Below are positions 39,731 to 52,333 of a stretch of 64,000 bases of DNA, piece after piece. The stretch lies in contig OX597837.1 of the NCBI GenBank assembly GCA_951406725.2, forward strand, positions 2,728,001 to 2,792,000, read 5' to 3'. The notes under the pieces are model-generated. The model searched no databases and was not told where the DNA came from. It saw only the letters and a program-made list of their open reading frames with translations. The position numbers and the translations under genes are program-made. The first letter of the stretch is position 1. Every line of letters begins with the position of its first letter. The DNA comes from Octopus vulgaris (taxonomy: Eukaryota).

Positions 39731-39895
39731 TTTTCTTCGATTATTTCTGTTTGCGGAGGACCTTTCTCTGTTCTTTATCTAATTTGGTCCACTCGGCCAA
39801 CGGAAACCTTTCAGTTGGTGTTTTAAAGGAGAAGCGGAGTTGGAAGAATCACAGACTTCGACGTATTTCAAGAACGACGAATGTCTAGAAGTGCG
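39731..39895 (-). promoter_or_regulatory. Probable 5'UTR / core promoter of transaldolase
   Basis: Unique CpG-retaining sequence directly upstream of the ATG, bounded by a GA-rich tract. The start site cannot be placed. Confidence 0.4.
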
Positions 39896-40490
39896 GGAGA
39901 GAGAGAGGAGGAGGAGGTGTAGTAGATGGGAGACGGAGGGAGGGAGAGAGAGCCATACAGATAAATGAGAGGGGTGGAGAAAGACAAATAAGAGAGAGAG
40001 AGAGAGAAATAAGAAAGAGGAAGGGAAAGAGACTGCTGAATAAAAGGAGGAAGTGAGAGATAAGGAGATAAATAAGAGGGAGGAAGGAAGATAAATAAGG
40101 GAGAGGGGGAGTGAGAAGATCCCAGACAAATAAGAGGGAGAAAGATAAAAATTGAGAGAGAGTCAAATAAAAATGAGGGAGAGAAAGAGTGTTAAATAAG
40201 ACGGAGGGGGAGAGAGAAAGAGCTGAATAAATGGGAGTGAGTGAGCGGTATGTAGATAAGAGGGAGTGAGTAAGAGATACACAGAGAAAGATAAGAGGAA
40301 GAGGGAGAGAGAACGGCGGTTGTGAGAGAAAGAGAATTAAATAACAGCGTGGGAAAAAGAGAGCCAAATGAGAGGGAGGCAGACAAATAAGAAGGGTAGG
40401 AGCGAGAAAAGGGAGAAAGATACTTAAATGTGACGGAGGGAATGAGTGAGAAATAGAAATGGACAAGAGAGAGAAAGAGAAAAAGGAAAA
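39895..40490. repeat. GA-rich polypurine tract
   Basis: About 600 bp, almost all A/G on the + strand, with a recurring 'aaataagaggga'-like motif. Confidence 0.9.
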
Positions 40491-42065
40491 TGCATAGAGT
40501 TGTCGCTGCTACTTGCTTTTATCGCGCACGTTGCTGTTCTATCGTCTGTCCATCCTCCCCTTGTTCTAAAAAAAAAAACTAACCTGAATTGAAGCACATG
40601 GTATTTTAAATGATTTCTTCGTTGCTGTTTAGCCCTAGGTCAGGCCTTTAGCGAGCAGAATATTCCAATGATGACCATTACGTCCTTTGGATCTTTTCCC
40701 TTCGAAGGCCAGATTTCAACACAATTTCTAGTTAACTAAACACTTTTAAACTTTGTATACTGGTAGAATGTGTTTATAAAACATTATTTTCACTTGGCTT
40801 TATTGATAAATTTGTAATTCGTTTGTTTAACGAAGTTTAATTTTTCGAATTTTAAGACGAAATATCTTACAACATATAGAATTTTCTCAATAAAGCCAAG
40901 AAAAAATGATGTTTTATAAACACATTCTGTCTTAAATAAAGGCCACATTAGACAGTGCAACTTCTATGCTAAAAGACGGGATCTTTTCATTTTGAAGGCC
41001 AGATTTTTCAGATTTTTCTAGTTAACTAAATAATTAGTGTTTAAATTATTTTCCATTGTTTGCATTGCTTTATAGAATTTGAAAGTTATTCGTTTTGTAT
41101 AAAATTATTATTCGTTTCGTCTTTAATAAATATATATGTGCACAACAAACGTGCCTACACACATACTGTTTACTTTGGATGGATAATAAACATATTCAGT
41201 GTTTTTGTATAGGCTTCGGGTGTTTTCTCTATACAATGTATATATTTACTATAAACTTGTGCACACGCCTTGAACCGGTTATTTGGCTTATATGCACCCA
41301 CATACCCACACACGTACCCATCAATACGCATACTCGCACATAATCAGGGCCCCTCTGCGTTTTCGCTCGTCGATGTGCTAGGAATAACACCCAAATCCCC
41401 TTAAAACCATATACTACTGGGTTAAAGGAAGGGTAATATAATCATAGATGCTATATCTGAAAAAAAAGGTGGGGCGCAAAAATACGGGTTGGTCATAGTT
41501 GGAACCCTTTGATCCTCAACCGGGTTTATCAGGATGACCTGAGTTAAATAACTATATATTTGTAATATTGATTATAGACACAAAGGGGTGAGTGGAGGGT
41601 ATAATCATTTATATCGATCTCCAATACTTGATCGATGTATTTTCTCGACCGTGGAAGAACAGACGGCTTGTTTTGAATTCCGGTGAGGGTTGAAACCTGA
41701 ACGTATAGGACCGTATCCCTAAACATTCGGAACTTTTAAAAATAGCAGCCAAAGAATTTAGCTATTTCCTCTATAGCTAAATTCTTTGGCTGCTATTTCT
41801 AAAAGTTCGGTGTGTGGTAAAGTAAATTTTTTTTACTGAACCCTAATTATATAACGTAATGTTTTATATGTATATACATATACGCCGCTATATATATGTT
41901 TAATGTCTCCTATCTAAACTTTAATTTTTAATATAACCTGTATATATCGCGTATCCTTCGTGTGTATCTGTGTGTGTGAGTGAGGGCGTCTTTGCCTCCT
42001 TGTAGTGAAATCGTGTGAAAGCTGCAAACGATTGTCAGTCATAGTAATGCCATGATATTATTCTG

Positions 42066-42288
42066 CATTGAGTTTGTAGTATCTGATATCGAATGTGCGG
42101 CTGGAGACAAGAGGTCGGCTTCATTTGCTCATTGTGATAATTCAGTATTTTATGGAAGAAGTGGTTTAGGATTTACTGGAAACGTTGGTGTAGAAAAACG
42201 TTGATAAAACATCGGTAAATCTCATTTTAACAACCAGATATTTACAGAAACACACAACACATTGATTCACTGATTGCATTTGAAAACG
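42066..42288 (+). promoter_or_regulatory. Conserved promoter / non-coding first exon of ZNF-A
   Basis: Block cattgagtttgtagtatctgatatcgaatgtgcggctggagac...gaaaacg|gtaagt, paralogous to 51414-51603 and 57163-57383. Matching acceptor tttcag| at 44902. Confidence 0.65.
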
Positions 42289-42345
42289 GTAAGTTAATAA
42301 ACGTTTGTTTTAATGCTGTAATAATGAATGTAAATAATTAATTCG

Positions 42346-42709
42346 GGTACTACTAGCGAACAGTGGTCCCGGTGCGCGCACTCGCGCTAGCTAGTCGTAT
42401 GTAGTCGATCCTACAGCGACTTTTTTCACCCTAACCTTAGTTTGTTTATAAAAATAATTTATTTACTTTGTTCAAAAAATATTTAATTTGTGTAAAAGAA
42501 ATTATATACATTGTTTTAAAAAATTATTTATTTATTTAGTTTAAAAAATATTTACTTTCGTTTTATTTACTTAGTTCGAAAAATATTATTTAATTTTCTT
42601 TGATATGTATTCAGCCTTAAGTACAAACATACGCGCAAGACGTTATAGGATCGACTACTTACGACTAGCTAGCGCGAGTACGCGCACCGGGACCACTGTT
42701 AGTAGTACC
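42346..42709. mobile_element. MITE, Merlin-like, long TIRs
   Basis: About 65-bp TIRs (ggtactact..aacagtggtcccggtgcgcg..tagtcgatccta); exact 8-bp TSD ttaattcg at 42338-42345 and 42710-42717. Confidence 0.85.
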
Positions 42710-42992
42710 TTAATTCGTTTATTGGCCACAAGGGCCGACAAAAATCAATTAAAACATAAAGGGACAAAACACAGGACGAAAGTTACAAAGGGTTTTGTCC
42801 GTTTGCAAAAAAAAAACGTAAAAATTCCAGAGATAACGAAAATATAACAATTGAAATACAATTGTTTTTCACTTGGAGGATAAGGTAATTATATTGGAGT
42901 AAAAACATTTAACAATGGGAAAAGATATTACTTTCAGATACAGTAATTATATAAATATGATAACTCATAGCGTCATTACTAAAAGATATTTC

Positions 42993-43164
42993 GGATCTTT
43001 TCGGTTTGAACGGCAGTTTTTAGCATAATTTCTTGGTACCTAAAAAATTTTTAACTTTGTATACTGGTAGAATGTGTTTATAAAACATCTTTTTCTCTTG
43101 GCTTTCTTGAGAAAATTCTATATGACACCGCTAGAAAAAACTGCCGTTCAAACCGAAAAGATCT
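42993..43164. mobile_element. MITE, Merlin-like (ggatcttttcgg family)
   Basis: TIR ggatcttttcggtttgaacggcagtttttt / aaaaaactgccgttcaaaccgaaaagatct; exact 8-bp TSD gatatttc. Relatives at about 40690-41030, 51050-51265, 56134 and 56710-57068. Confidence 0.85.
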
Positions 43165-43212
43165 GATATTTCCTTCATAAATGAAGTAATTATATTGAAC
43201 TGGAAATATTTC

Positions 43213-43503
43213 GGTAGAGTTCTGCTTTCCGCACGCCATATAACGCCTCATAACTTTTTATTTTTTTGAATTTTCAGAAAATTCTTTTCATAGTCATGTG
43301 AAATCTGGCGGAGGTAAAGAACACGCACCCCGCCCATTTTCGGCGTAACCCTAACCGCCAGAGACGGGCGATGTGCGTATTCTTTACCTTCGCCGTGAAT
43401 TCCTGCGTGTAGAATACAAATTTGCAAAAATTTTCTGAAAATTCCCCAAAATAAAAAAAGGCTACGTGGGGCTATATGGCGTGGCGTAAAGTAGAATTCC
43501 GGC
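43213..43503. mobile_element. MITE, Merlin-like
   Basis: Imperfect TIRs (gagttctgcttt..cacgccatata / tatatggcgtg..aaagtagaattc); TSD aatatttc / aatgtttc; internal taaccctaacc. Confidence 0.65.
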
Positions 43504-44351
43504 AATGTTTCCCTGTCCCGACTTTTACGTACACAATACTTAAAAACTGAAATGTTAATCCCTATTTCTGAAAAATATCCTTCAGAAAATTCACTTTGAA
43601 ACTATGATTAGAAACAAATTGAACGACTTATTGTCGTGATTCAGATATTTCAGCTGTTGAAGCGTGGAAGTTAGCTGGCAATAACGAATAATTGCCAGTT
43701 AGCTATTCAGAGACACACAAAGATCGATATTTACTTGTCACATCGTGTCAAAATTTTTATCGCCCGAAACTTCGACCAGTTCACTGACAAAAAATAAAAT
43801 TTGCTGTATACTCTTTTATTTGTTTCAGTCATTCGACTGTGGCCATGCTCGAGCATCGCTTTTTAGTCAAGCAAATCGACCCCAGGACTTATTCTTTGTG
43901 AGCCTAGTACTTATTCTATCGGTCACTTTTGCCGAACCGCTAAGTTACGGGGATGTAAACACACCAGTATCGGTTGTCAAGCGATGTTGAGAGCACAAAC
44001 ACAGATACACAAAAATAAACACTCACAACGCCCGGTCTGGGAATCGAAACCGCGAGTCCGCTGCCCTAACCACTGGGTGCGCCTCCATATATATATATAT
44101 ATATATATATAAGCACGCACACATATTCATTTTGATAGAAGTGTAAAATACTGGTGCCATCACAAGTAGTAGAATAACTATGAGGAGAACAACCCAGGTA
44201 TGGACTGAGAACGATGCACCCCTGTGGATTTAATAAAGGGTTCAGTTCCACATTCTGAAAACATCACTGAATATGACAGGCACCTGAAGATACAACAACT
44301 AAAGGTGCTAATCCAGATATATTGTATACTCGCTGTTTTTTGTTGTGATAT

Positions 44352-44680
44352 CATCATCCTCCTTGTTCGACCGTGGTCGAGACAATGGAATTTACCCTGC
44401 TACGCCAGACTTCACGGTCCATCATGGCATTACGGAGGTCCTGTTGCTGGATGCCTGTATCCCTGGAGATTACATCAGGGTAGGAGTGTGTGCAACCTCT
44501 GGTATTGTGAGTAGATGGCTTCCAGAGAAGAGTAGAAATTGCCTTGTTTTCAGCTCTACAACAATGTCCAGCAAACTGGACTCTCCTACCTTTCACAAGA
44601 GATGACACAGGTGGTAGTTTCCCAAATATTTGCATTTTGGTTGGATGGCGCTTCCACGAGAGATTTTGAGCTCTCATAAG
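44352..44680 (-). mobile_element. RTE-clade LINE 3' fragment in the ZNF-A intron
   Basis: LMRAQNLSWKRHPTK...RRVQFAGHCCRA...AMMDREVWR; (GAT)n tail; short TSD gatat. Confidence 0.85.
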
Positions 44681-45224
44681 GATATAGGTAATGTTACACA
44701 ATCTGAAGGTATGGATGTAGTCTGTAAATATGTGAGCTTCACACGATTTTCTATGATTTAATTAAACAACTTAAAATTAAAGTTCAGTCGTTGAGATTAA
44801 AAGTTTATAGTTTATTAATATAGAACTGTAGGAAAATTTCACTGTTGTAGCTCTATTTGTTAATTATCTTTAATATCTTACCCTGTTTCTCTATCGTTTC
44901 AGAATACCAGATGGCATTGGCATTAAAGATATATCATCAATATCTATCATCTTTTAAGACTTAAGAAAAGGTTTTACAGAAAAATGAGAACTGTTACTTA
45001 TGAGCAACATTTCTTTGCTTCATTACCTGGAATATGTACAAAATGATTTTGTGTTCCAATTAAATTTTCAAAAACTATCAACATTCAAATCCTTCTCTGA
45101 TATAAGTGGAAATAAAAGCTAGTGGAGATACGACAGTGGAAAAGTTTTTATCAATACAGGAATAAAGTAAAAGCAGTAAAAGATATCCATATATTGTTGT
45201 GAGTAAAGAAAATATTATGCAAGG

Positions 45225-47147
45225 ATGAATTTTCCTGAAGAATTGTCAAAAGAGATGGCGGGAACATCATACCACTGTGATATCTGTAAAAAGTCATTTT
45301 CTCTGAAAGGTAACCTTGCTTCTCATAAGTGTGTTGATACGGAAGAGAAAACAGAGAAACGATATCATTGTGATATCTGTGGGAAATCATTCACTGTAAA
45401 AATTAACTTAACTGAACATAGATATCTACATACAGGAGAGAAGCCACATAACTGTGATATCTGTGGTAAATCATTCACTCGAATACGTACATTAATTACT
45501 CACAAACATCTCCATACTGGAGAGAGACCTCACAGCTGTGATATCTGTGGTAAATCATTCTCTCTAAGAGGTCACTTAGCCGGTCATAAACGTACTCATA
45601 CAGGTGAAAAGCCATATCATTGTGATATCTGTGGTAAATCTTTCTCTCAGACTAATAGCCTAACTAACCATATACGTATTCATACAGGAGAGAAGCCATA
45701 TCAGTGTAATATTTGCGGTGAGTCATTCTCTGAAAGGGGTAATTTGACTAAACACAAATACATTCATACAGGAGAGAAGTCATATCACTGTGATATCTGT
45801 GGAAAATCATTCTTTCAAAGAGTTCATTTAAATACTCACAGACGTGTTCATACAGGAGAGAAACCTTATCACTGTGATATCTGTGGTAAATCATTCTACG
45901 ATGGAAGTGCAGTAACTTCTCACAAACGTATTCATACTGGGGAGAAGCCTTATCCGTGTGATATCTGTGATAAATCATTCACTGATGCTAGTAAATTAAC
46001 TAAACACAAACGTACTCACACCGGAGAGAAACCATATCCCTGTGATATCTGTGGTAAATCATTCACAGATGGAAGTACTTTAACTGTTCATAAACGTATT
46101 CACACAGGGGAAAAACCATATCACTGTGATATCTGTGGTAAATCATTCTCTCGGACAAGCCAGTTGACAATACACAAGAGACGCGTTCATACAGGTGAGA
46201 AACCATATCCATGTGATATCTGTGGTAAATCATTTATTGATAGAGGTGGATTAACTGTTCACAAACGTATTCACACAGGGGAAAAACCATATCAGTGTGA
46301 TAGCTGTGATAAAACGTTCACTTATGCAACAGCATTGAATATTCACAAGCATATTCATTCAGGGGAAAAACAATATCACTGTGATATTTGTAGTAAAATA
46401 TTCTCTGGAACAAGTGAATTAATGATACACAAAAGACGCATTCATTCAAGAGAGAAACCACATCCATGTGATATCTGTGGTAAATCATTCACCTATTCAA
46501 GTGCATTAACTGTTCATAAACGTAGTCACACAGGGGAAAAACCATATCACTGTGATATCTGTGGTAAATCTTTCTCATATGGCAGTACATTACCTGTTCA
46601 CAAACGTATTCATACAGGGAAGAAACCACATCACTGCGATACTTGTGATAAATCATTCCCTTATGCGAGTGCATTAACTCTTCATAAACGTATTCACTCA
46701 GGGGAAAAACTATATCATTGTGATATCTGCGGCAGATCATTTACATATCGAAGCACATTAACTGTTCACAAACGAATTCATTCTGGAGAAAAACCATATC
46801 ACTGTGATATCTGTGGAAAATCATTCTCTCAAACAAGTCAGTTAACAGTACACAAGAGGCGTATCCATACAAGCGAGAAGCCATATCATTGTGATATCTG
46901 TGGCAAATCCTTCACTGATGGAAGTTCATTAACTGTTCACAGACGTATTCATACAGGTGAAAAGCCATATTCATGTAATATCTGTGGTATATCATTCTGT
47001 CGAACAAGCCAGCTAACAATACATAAGAGACGCATTCATACAGGGGAGAAACCATTTTACTGCGATAACTGTGGTAGATCATTCACTGACAGGAGCTCGT
47101 TAACTGCTCATAAACGGAATCATTCAAATGAGAAACCATATCACTGA
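45225..47147 (+). CDS. C2H2 zinc-finger protein ZNF-A (640 aa; 21 intact fingers plus 1 degenerate)
   Basis: Tandem [10 protein letters not shown]...H fingers with TGEKPY linkers; uninterrupted CDS; in-frame stop just upstream of the ATG; no KRAB, SCAN, ZAD or BTB domain. Confidence 0.95.
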   Translation: MNFPEELSKEMAGTSYHCDICKKSFSLKGNLASHKCVDTEEKTEKRYHCDICGKSFTVKINLTEHRYLHTGEKPHNCDICGKSFTRIRTLITHKHLHTGERPHSCDICGKSFSLRGHLAGHKRTHTGEKPYHCDICGKSFSQTNSLTNHIRIHTGEKPYQCNICGESFSERGNLTKHKYIHTGEKSYHCDICGKSFFQRVHLNTHRRVHTGEKPYHCDICGKSFYDGSAVTSHKRIHTGEKPYPCDICDKSFTDASKLTKHKRTHTGEKPYPCDICGKSFTDGSTLTVHKRIHTGEKPYHCDICGKSFSRTSQLTIHKRRVHTGEKPYPCDICGKSFIDRGGLTVHKRIHTGEKPYQCDSCDKTFTYATALNIHKHIHSGEKQYHCDICSKIFSGTSELMIHKRRIHSREKPHPCDICGKSFTYSSALTVHKRSHTGEKPYHCDICGKSFSYGSTLPVHKRIHTGKKPHHCDTCDKSFPYASALTLHKRIHSGEKLYHCDICGRSFTYRSTLTVHKRIHSGEKPYHCDICGKSFSQTSQLTVHKRRIHTSEKPYHCDICGKSFTDGSSLTVHRRIHTGEKPYSCNICGISFCRTSQLTIHKRRIHTGEKPFYCDNCGRSFTDRSSLTAHKRNHSNEKPYH

Positions 47148-48605
47148 TATCTTTGATAAATCATTCAATGGAAAAAGTCGTTTATTGATACAGATGAGAC
47201 ACATTCATACAAAAGAAAATTATGATTACAATGTCTGTGGTAAATCTTTCATTGATGGAACTACATTAACTGGTCAAAAATGTATTCATACTGGTCAGAA
47301 GCCATATAGTGTTATCATCATCATCTAGTGTTCTTTTTTTCTATGCTAGCATGGGTAAGACAGTTTGACTAGAGCTGGTAAACTGTGGAGCTGTACCAGG
47401 TTCCAGTCTGTTGTATCTATGGTAAATTGTTCTGGCTTAATTAAGCTCATGCTTTTTCATACAGGTGAGAAATAATACTACTGTAATATCTGTGGTGAAT
47501 GACTATGAAAGATGTTATTTAACTACAGCCAATTACACTTTCACAGGAGAGAAGCTTTGGCACTTGTACTGGTAGCACATGAAAAAACATTTGAGTGAGG
47601 TCATTGCCAGTGCCACTAAACTGGATCCTGTGCAGGTGGCACATAAAAAGCACCATTTGAGTGTGGCCGTTGCCAGTACCACCTGACTGGCCCTCGTGCT
47701 GGTGACTTGTAAAAGCACCCACTACACTCTTGGAGTGGTTGGTGTTTAGGAAGGGCATCCAGCTGTAGAAACTCTGCCAGATCAAGATTGGAACTTGGTG
47801 CAGCCATCTGGTTCGCTAGACCTCAGTCAAATCATCCAACCCATGCTAGCATAGAAAGCGGATGTTAAACAATGATGATGATAATTACATCGTTCTCTGA
47901 GATGTCATTTATGAGGGTGGGGTACTGTTAAGATTCTGGTTTCAAGGGTGTTGCAAAAGGCTCAACCTTCCAAGTTCTTTTACAGGACTTAGAAAAACTG
48001 AAAGACCGCTGCAATAAGTGTGTGAATCAGAGGTGAATGTTGAATAAAATCATAATTAACTGATCCTCCTGTATTTTCTTTTATCCAAAGCCAAGAAGAT
48101 TTCAGTATTCACAGATGTATCAATAATGGAAAGGAACCCAAATCAGTGTGGTATTTGTGGTAATTAAGTACAAACTTATACAGGGGAATAATCATATCAC
48201 TGTAATATCTGTGGCACATTGTTCTGCCTTAACCCTTTAGCATTTAAACCGGCCATATCCGGCCCAAATATTCTACCTGTCTTATGTTCAAAATAGCCAG
48301 ATTTCACCTCTCACACCTACCATGCCATGTCATTCTAAATATAAACAATCACACCATCAAAGTCCCAAAGCTATGAAATAATGCATGGTTAATTGAAAGC
48401 AGTGTGAATGTATAACCATTTCATTTGGCAGATTACTCTGAACGCGAAAGGGTTAATTACTCACGAATGCATTCATACAGAAATAAAAACGTGTTACTGT
48501 GATATCTGTGGTAAATCCTTTTATCAGAATCGTCATTTAACTAAATGCAAATGTATTCATTCCAAAGACAACCTATACCACATTGATATCTGTGGTAAAT
48601 CAATT
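47148..48605 (+). pseudogene. Decayed zinc-finger repeats 3' of ZNF-A
   Basis: Finger-like sequence at about 47148-47310, 47455-47500, 48115-48228 and 48457-48605 (e.g. [34 protein letters not shown]), broken by frameshifts and insertions. Confidence 0.85.
48233..48452. mobile_element. piggyBac-type MITE
   Basis: TTAA|cccttt...aaaggg|TTAA inserted into a dead finger. Relatives, often nested, at about 9985-10670, 12540-12700, 20912-21110, 24636-25160 and 62855-63265. Confidence 0.8.
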
Positions 48606-49189
48606 TCTTATGATTTTCTTATGAATTGTATTGATTATTCATTGATTTGATGTACTAAAAATGAATTACGTTTTAGAATGATTGAGTTGTTCTTCATTTT
48701 TGTTTACCCCTGTATTTTTTCTGGCATGGGAATAAACCTCTTATCTCTTTATATATCTACTATATAAACGTAACTGTATGTGGATATGTATGTGTTTAGC
48801 CCCGAAAGGCCCTGAAATGGTATAGTCTTGAGAAAAACGAATTTTATTTTCAAAATCTATATCCCAAAGAGAATGTTGTCCATAAATTATAAGAAACTAT
48901 AATTTACTGCCGGTGGCACATAAAAAGCACCAATCCGATCGTGGCCGTTGCCAGCCTCCTCTGGCACCTGTGCCGGTGGCACGTAAAAAGCACCCACTAC
49001 ACTCATGGAGTGGTTGGCACTAGGAAGGGCATCCAGCTGTAGAAACACTGCCAGATCAGACTGGGCCTGGTGCAGCCTTCTGGCTTCCCAGATCCCCGGT
49101 CGAACTGTCCAACCCATGCCAGCATGGAGAACGGACGTTAAATGATGATGATGAAATTACTCAACTTTTAGATTGATAACTCTCTCGCT

Positions 49190-49350
49190 CTCTCTGTGTC
49201 ACCATCAATCTATCTATCTCTATTGTTTACCACACTCTTTATCACTCACTGTGTGTCACCATCAATCTATCTCTATTGTTTACCACACTCTTTATCACTC
49301 ACTGTGTGTCACCATCAATCTATCTCTATTGTTTACCACTCTTTATCACT
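49190..49350. repeat. ~47-bp tandem repeat x3
   Basis: ctgtgtgtcaccatcaatctatctctattgtttaccacactctttatcactca repeated three times. Confidence 0.85.
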
Positions 49351-49849
49351 CTCTCTCTCTCATACACACTTTATCAGTTCGTATGAATAAAAGATCATCG
49401 TTATTAAACTTTTATTAATAAACACATATTCTAAGTTCACAACATATGCAGTTTTAATTTCCCTCTCTGCTGCACAGATACACACATTACATATTATATA
49501 TTCGTTTATGAAACAGATTGGGTTTATTTACATTTCTGAAAAAAAAAAGATACCCGTCCCTTTAACCCTAACCCTAAAACAGACTGAAATGCAATAGATC
49601 GATACTAGGGTCTCTGCTGTAGCAGTTGACAATGGTGTTGCAGCACCATTGTCAACTGCTACAAAGGGAACGGTAATGTCTTAGAAATAATGAGAGAAAA
49701 GTTGGGCATAAAAGGCATCATAGGTGGTGTGCAAGAGAGACGACTGCTGGTATGTAATATTTGAGGTTTTAATCATTAGAGTGGCAGATTTGCATCAAGG
49801 TGCACTCTTACATTGTAACTCTATCATGCTTTATATTTTGCTTATATTG

Positions 49850-50272
49850 GAGGGAAACGAGAAGTATAAATAAAATTATCAACCATCTTACAAACAATAA
49901 CTCTGAGCACCTTTTCGAACTCCACCCGTCTAACACCCATGGACATAGTTACAAAGTCAGAAAACAGCACAGCTGTTAGGAAACATTTCTTCACGCTGAG
50001 AGTTGCTGAAGCATGGAACAAACTGCCGTCATCAGTTGTTAGTTGTCGGAGCACTGCATCCTTCAAAACTTCCATGCTTCCTGAGATTCGCCAACACTAC
50101 ACCTGATTTTCTCCCATCCATACACACACGCAAGCATGTATCTAACTCATACATTGTTCGCTTTCCAGACTTTGTACATTACTGCATACACTTTATACAC
50201 ACTTTCTGACAAGTTGTGGTGCACCTGAGCACTGTATACAATTATTTTAAAGATTAAAATAAAAATAAAATT
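49850..50272 (+). mobile_element. CR1/L2-group LINE 3' end
   Basis: RKHFFTLRVAEAWNKLPSSVVSCRSTASFKTSML motif; A-rich tail. Confidence 0.75.
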
Positions 50273-51413
50273 GTGAGAAGATAGACAAGCGATATAGAAA
50301 GTTAAAACCAAAACAGGTAAGCATATATTTACGTTAAGATGAAAGAAGAGGAAGAAGGAAAAGGGGAAGAAACAGAAAAAGAGAAACCGATTGGGGAGGA
50401 GAAAGAAGAGGAAATATAGAATATAACAGGTGAGGTGAACTAATAACACGTAACCCCGCCGTTGCCGACCCCAAGTGATAATGGTCAAGTGAGCCTAATG
50501 ATAATGTTTATGCAGAACTATAAATATCCGGCATAACTCTAGATGTGTGCCCATCCCATCGACTTTGTTGCCCCATAACTTTCAGAAAAATGAATACTTT
50601 TTAACGAAATTTTCAACAAATATTGCTAAGATGCTGCGCATTTAGGGGAAAGAATTTTTTTCAGAGGGGTGCGGAGAGAAGTTTCAGAAAATTCAGACGA
50701 TCCAACTTTTTTCCATCATAACTTTCAGGAAAATGGATATCTTTTAGTGAAATTTTATACAAATACTTTTCAAACGGAATAGAGTACGATTATAAAGAAA
50801 TTTGTGTGGAAAACTTTTCCAGAGGGAGTGGGGAGAGGAGTTTTGGATCAGGAAACTTTACGTTGATAACCAGAGCTGTTAATTATGGCTGATTGGGGAT
50901 AAAACAGTTGCAATGAGTCACTGGGGTAGAAGTTATGTGGTCACTCAACCTTTTTGAAATAGGAGCCAAATTTCTTTCAAATTCCACGAAGAGAATACTA
51001 AAGCGACGTGCAATAATTACGTTTTCAAAATATTTTTTAAAACGTAACCGCCAGAAAATGTTTACGGCAGAGAATGTTTTCACCTCAATAGATGTCATTG
51101 ATTGGTTGAAATTGAAGAAAATATCTTACAAACTACAGAATTTTCTCAAGAAAGCCAAGACAAAAAGATGTTTTATAAACACATTCTACCAGTATACGAA
51201 GTTTAAAAGTGTTTAGTTACGTGGAAATTATTTTTAAAAACTGCCGGTCAAACCGAAAAGATCCGCGACGTGCAATAATTACGTTTTAAAAAATATTTTA
51301 AAACATAATTCTTGCCTGTCGCTTTAGTATTCTCTTCCTACGAAAAATCCTGTCTGCACTAGAAACACTCAGTGCTTCCTTGTCAGCTCATGCAAACTCC
51401 AAGGGGGCACTAC

Positions 51414-51603
51414 CATTGAGTTTGTAATATTTGATATCGAAAGTGCGGCTGAAGACACAAAGTCAGCTTCACGCGTTTATTTTGATAATTTGTTGAGGAA
51501 ATCAGGATCTGCGAATTTTGGTAAAAACCTTGGCAATCCTCATTCTAAGAGTCTGATATTTACTTTAGAGAAAATATCGATTCACTGTTTAGATCTGAAA
51601 ACG
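51414..51603 (+). promoter_or_regulatory. Conserved promoter / non-coding first exon of ZNF-B
   Basis: cattgagtttgtaatatttgatatcgaaagtgcggctgaagac...gaaaacg|gtaagt; acceptor catttcag| at 54042. Confidence 0.65.
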
Positions 51604-51798
51604 GTAAGTTGATAAATGTTTGTTTTGATGTCTGTAAATAATAATGTTCTGTTTCACTTGGCGAATAAGTAAATTAAATTGGAGTGAAAACATCTGACAA
51701 TGGGCAAAGACATTTCCTTCGGATACAGTAATTACATAAGTGTGAAAGCTTTTGTATCCGTGTCCTGCAGAGAGCAATTTGCCACAAATAGCGATTTT

Positions 51799-52168
51799 GG
51801 CGAACCTTCGGTATAGGTACACACGGGACTTTGTTTACATTCATGGAGATAAGAGAAACCCTTTTCTCCCACCCCTAACCCTAAGCTCCCATATATATAA
51901 AAAAAAATACTTTCTTGAAATGTATCCGGGACGTATATCGAAGTTACGCCGAATCGTATTTCACTTGGCTGATAAGGTGATTATATGGAAGTGAAATAGC
52001 GGAGTTCTAATCGAAGAACCATTTAACCTGTCGGGCTATTATGGATTCTGGATCGAAGAATCCCAACCCTAACCCTAATCCTATCACAAACCCTAACCCT
52101 AACCCCCTATATATAAAAAAAAAACACTTTCTTGAAATGTATCCGGTACTTATACCGAAGTTACGCCC
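51799..52168. mobile_element. Composite of telomere-motif MITEs
   Basis: ggcgaaccttcggtatag.. start, two right ends ..ata(c/t)cgaagttacgcc, internal (aaccct)n, flanked by a duplicated cgatttt. Confidence 0.7.
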
Positions 52169-52333
52169 GATTTTAATGCTACAGCTTGTGTCGTTTATGT
52201 TAATGTTGATAAGTAAAGCGGTCACATCCTCTCCAGAATTTTCAGGACGGATAACAGTATGATATTGTTTCTAGCTCGTATGAATACATTTATCAATAGT
52301 TGGGTTACTTTCTTCAGACATATTTTCTTTTTT

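Noticed and set aside
39779-40466. 193-aa and 116-aa Leu/Ser/Pro/Phe-rich ORFs resembling membrane proteins
   Set aside because: Artefact of translating the pyrimidine strand of the GA tract.
48755-48900. Helitron-like 5' end (tctactatataaa)
   Set aside because: No matching 3' hairpin plus CTAG end could be identified with confidence.
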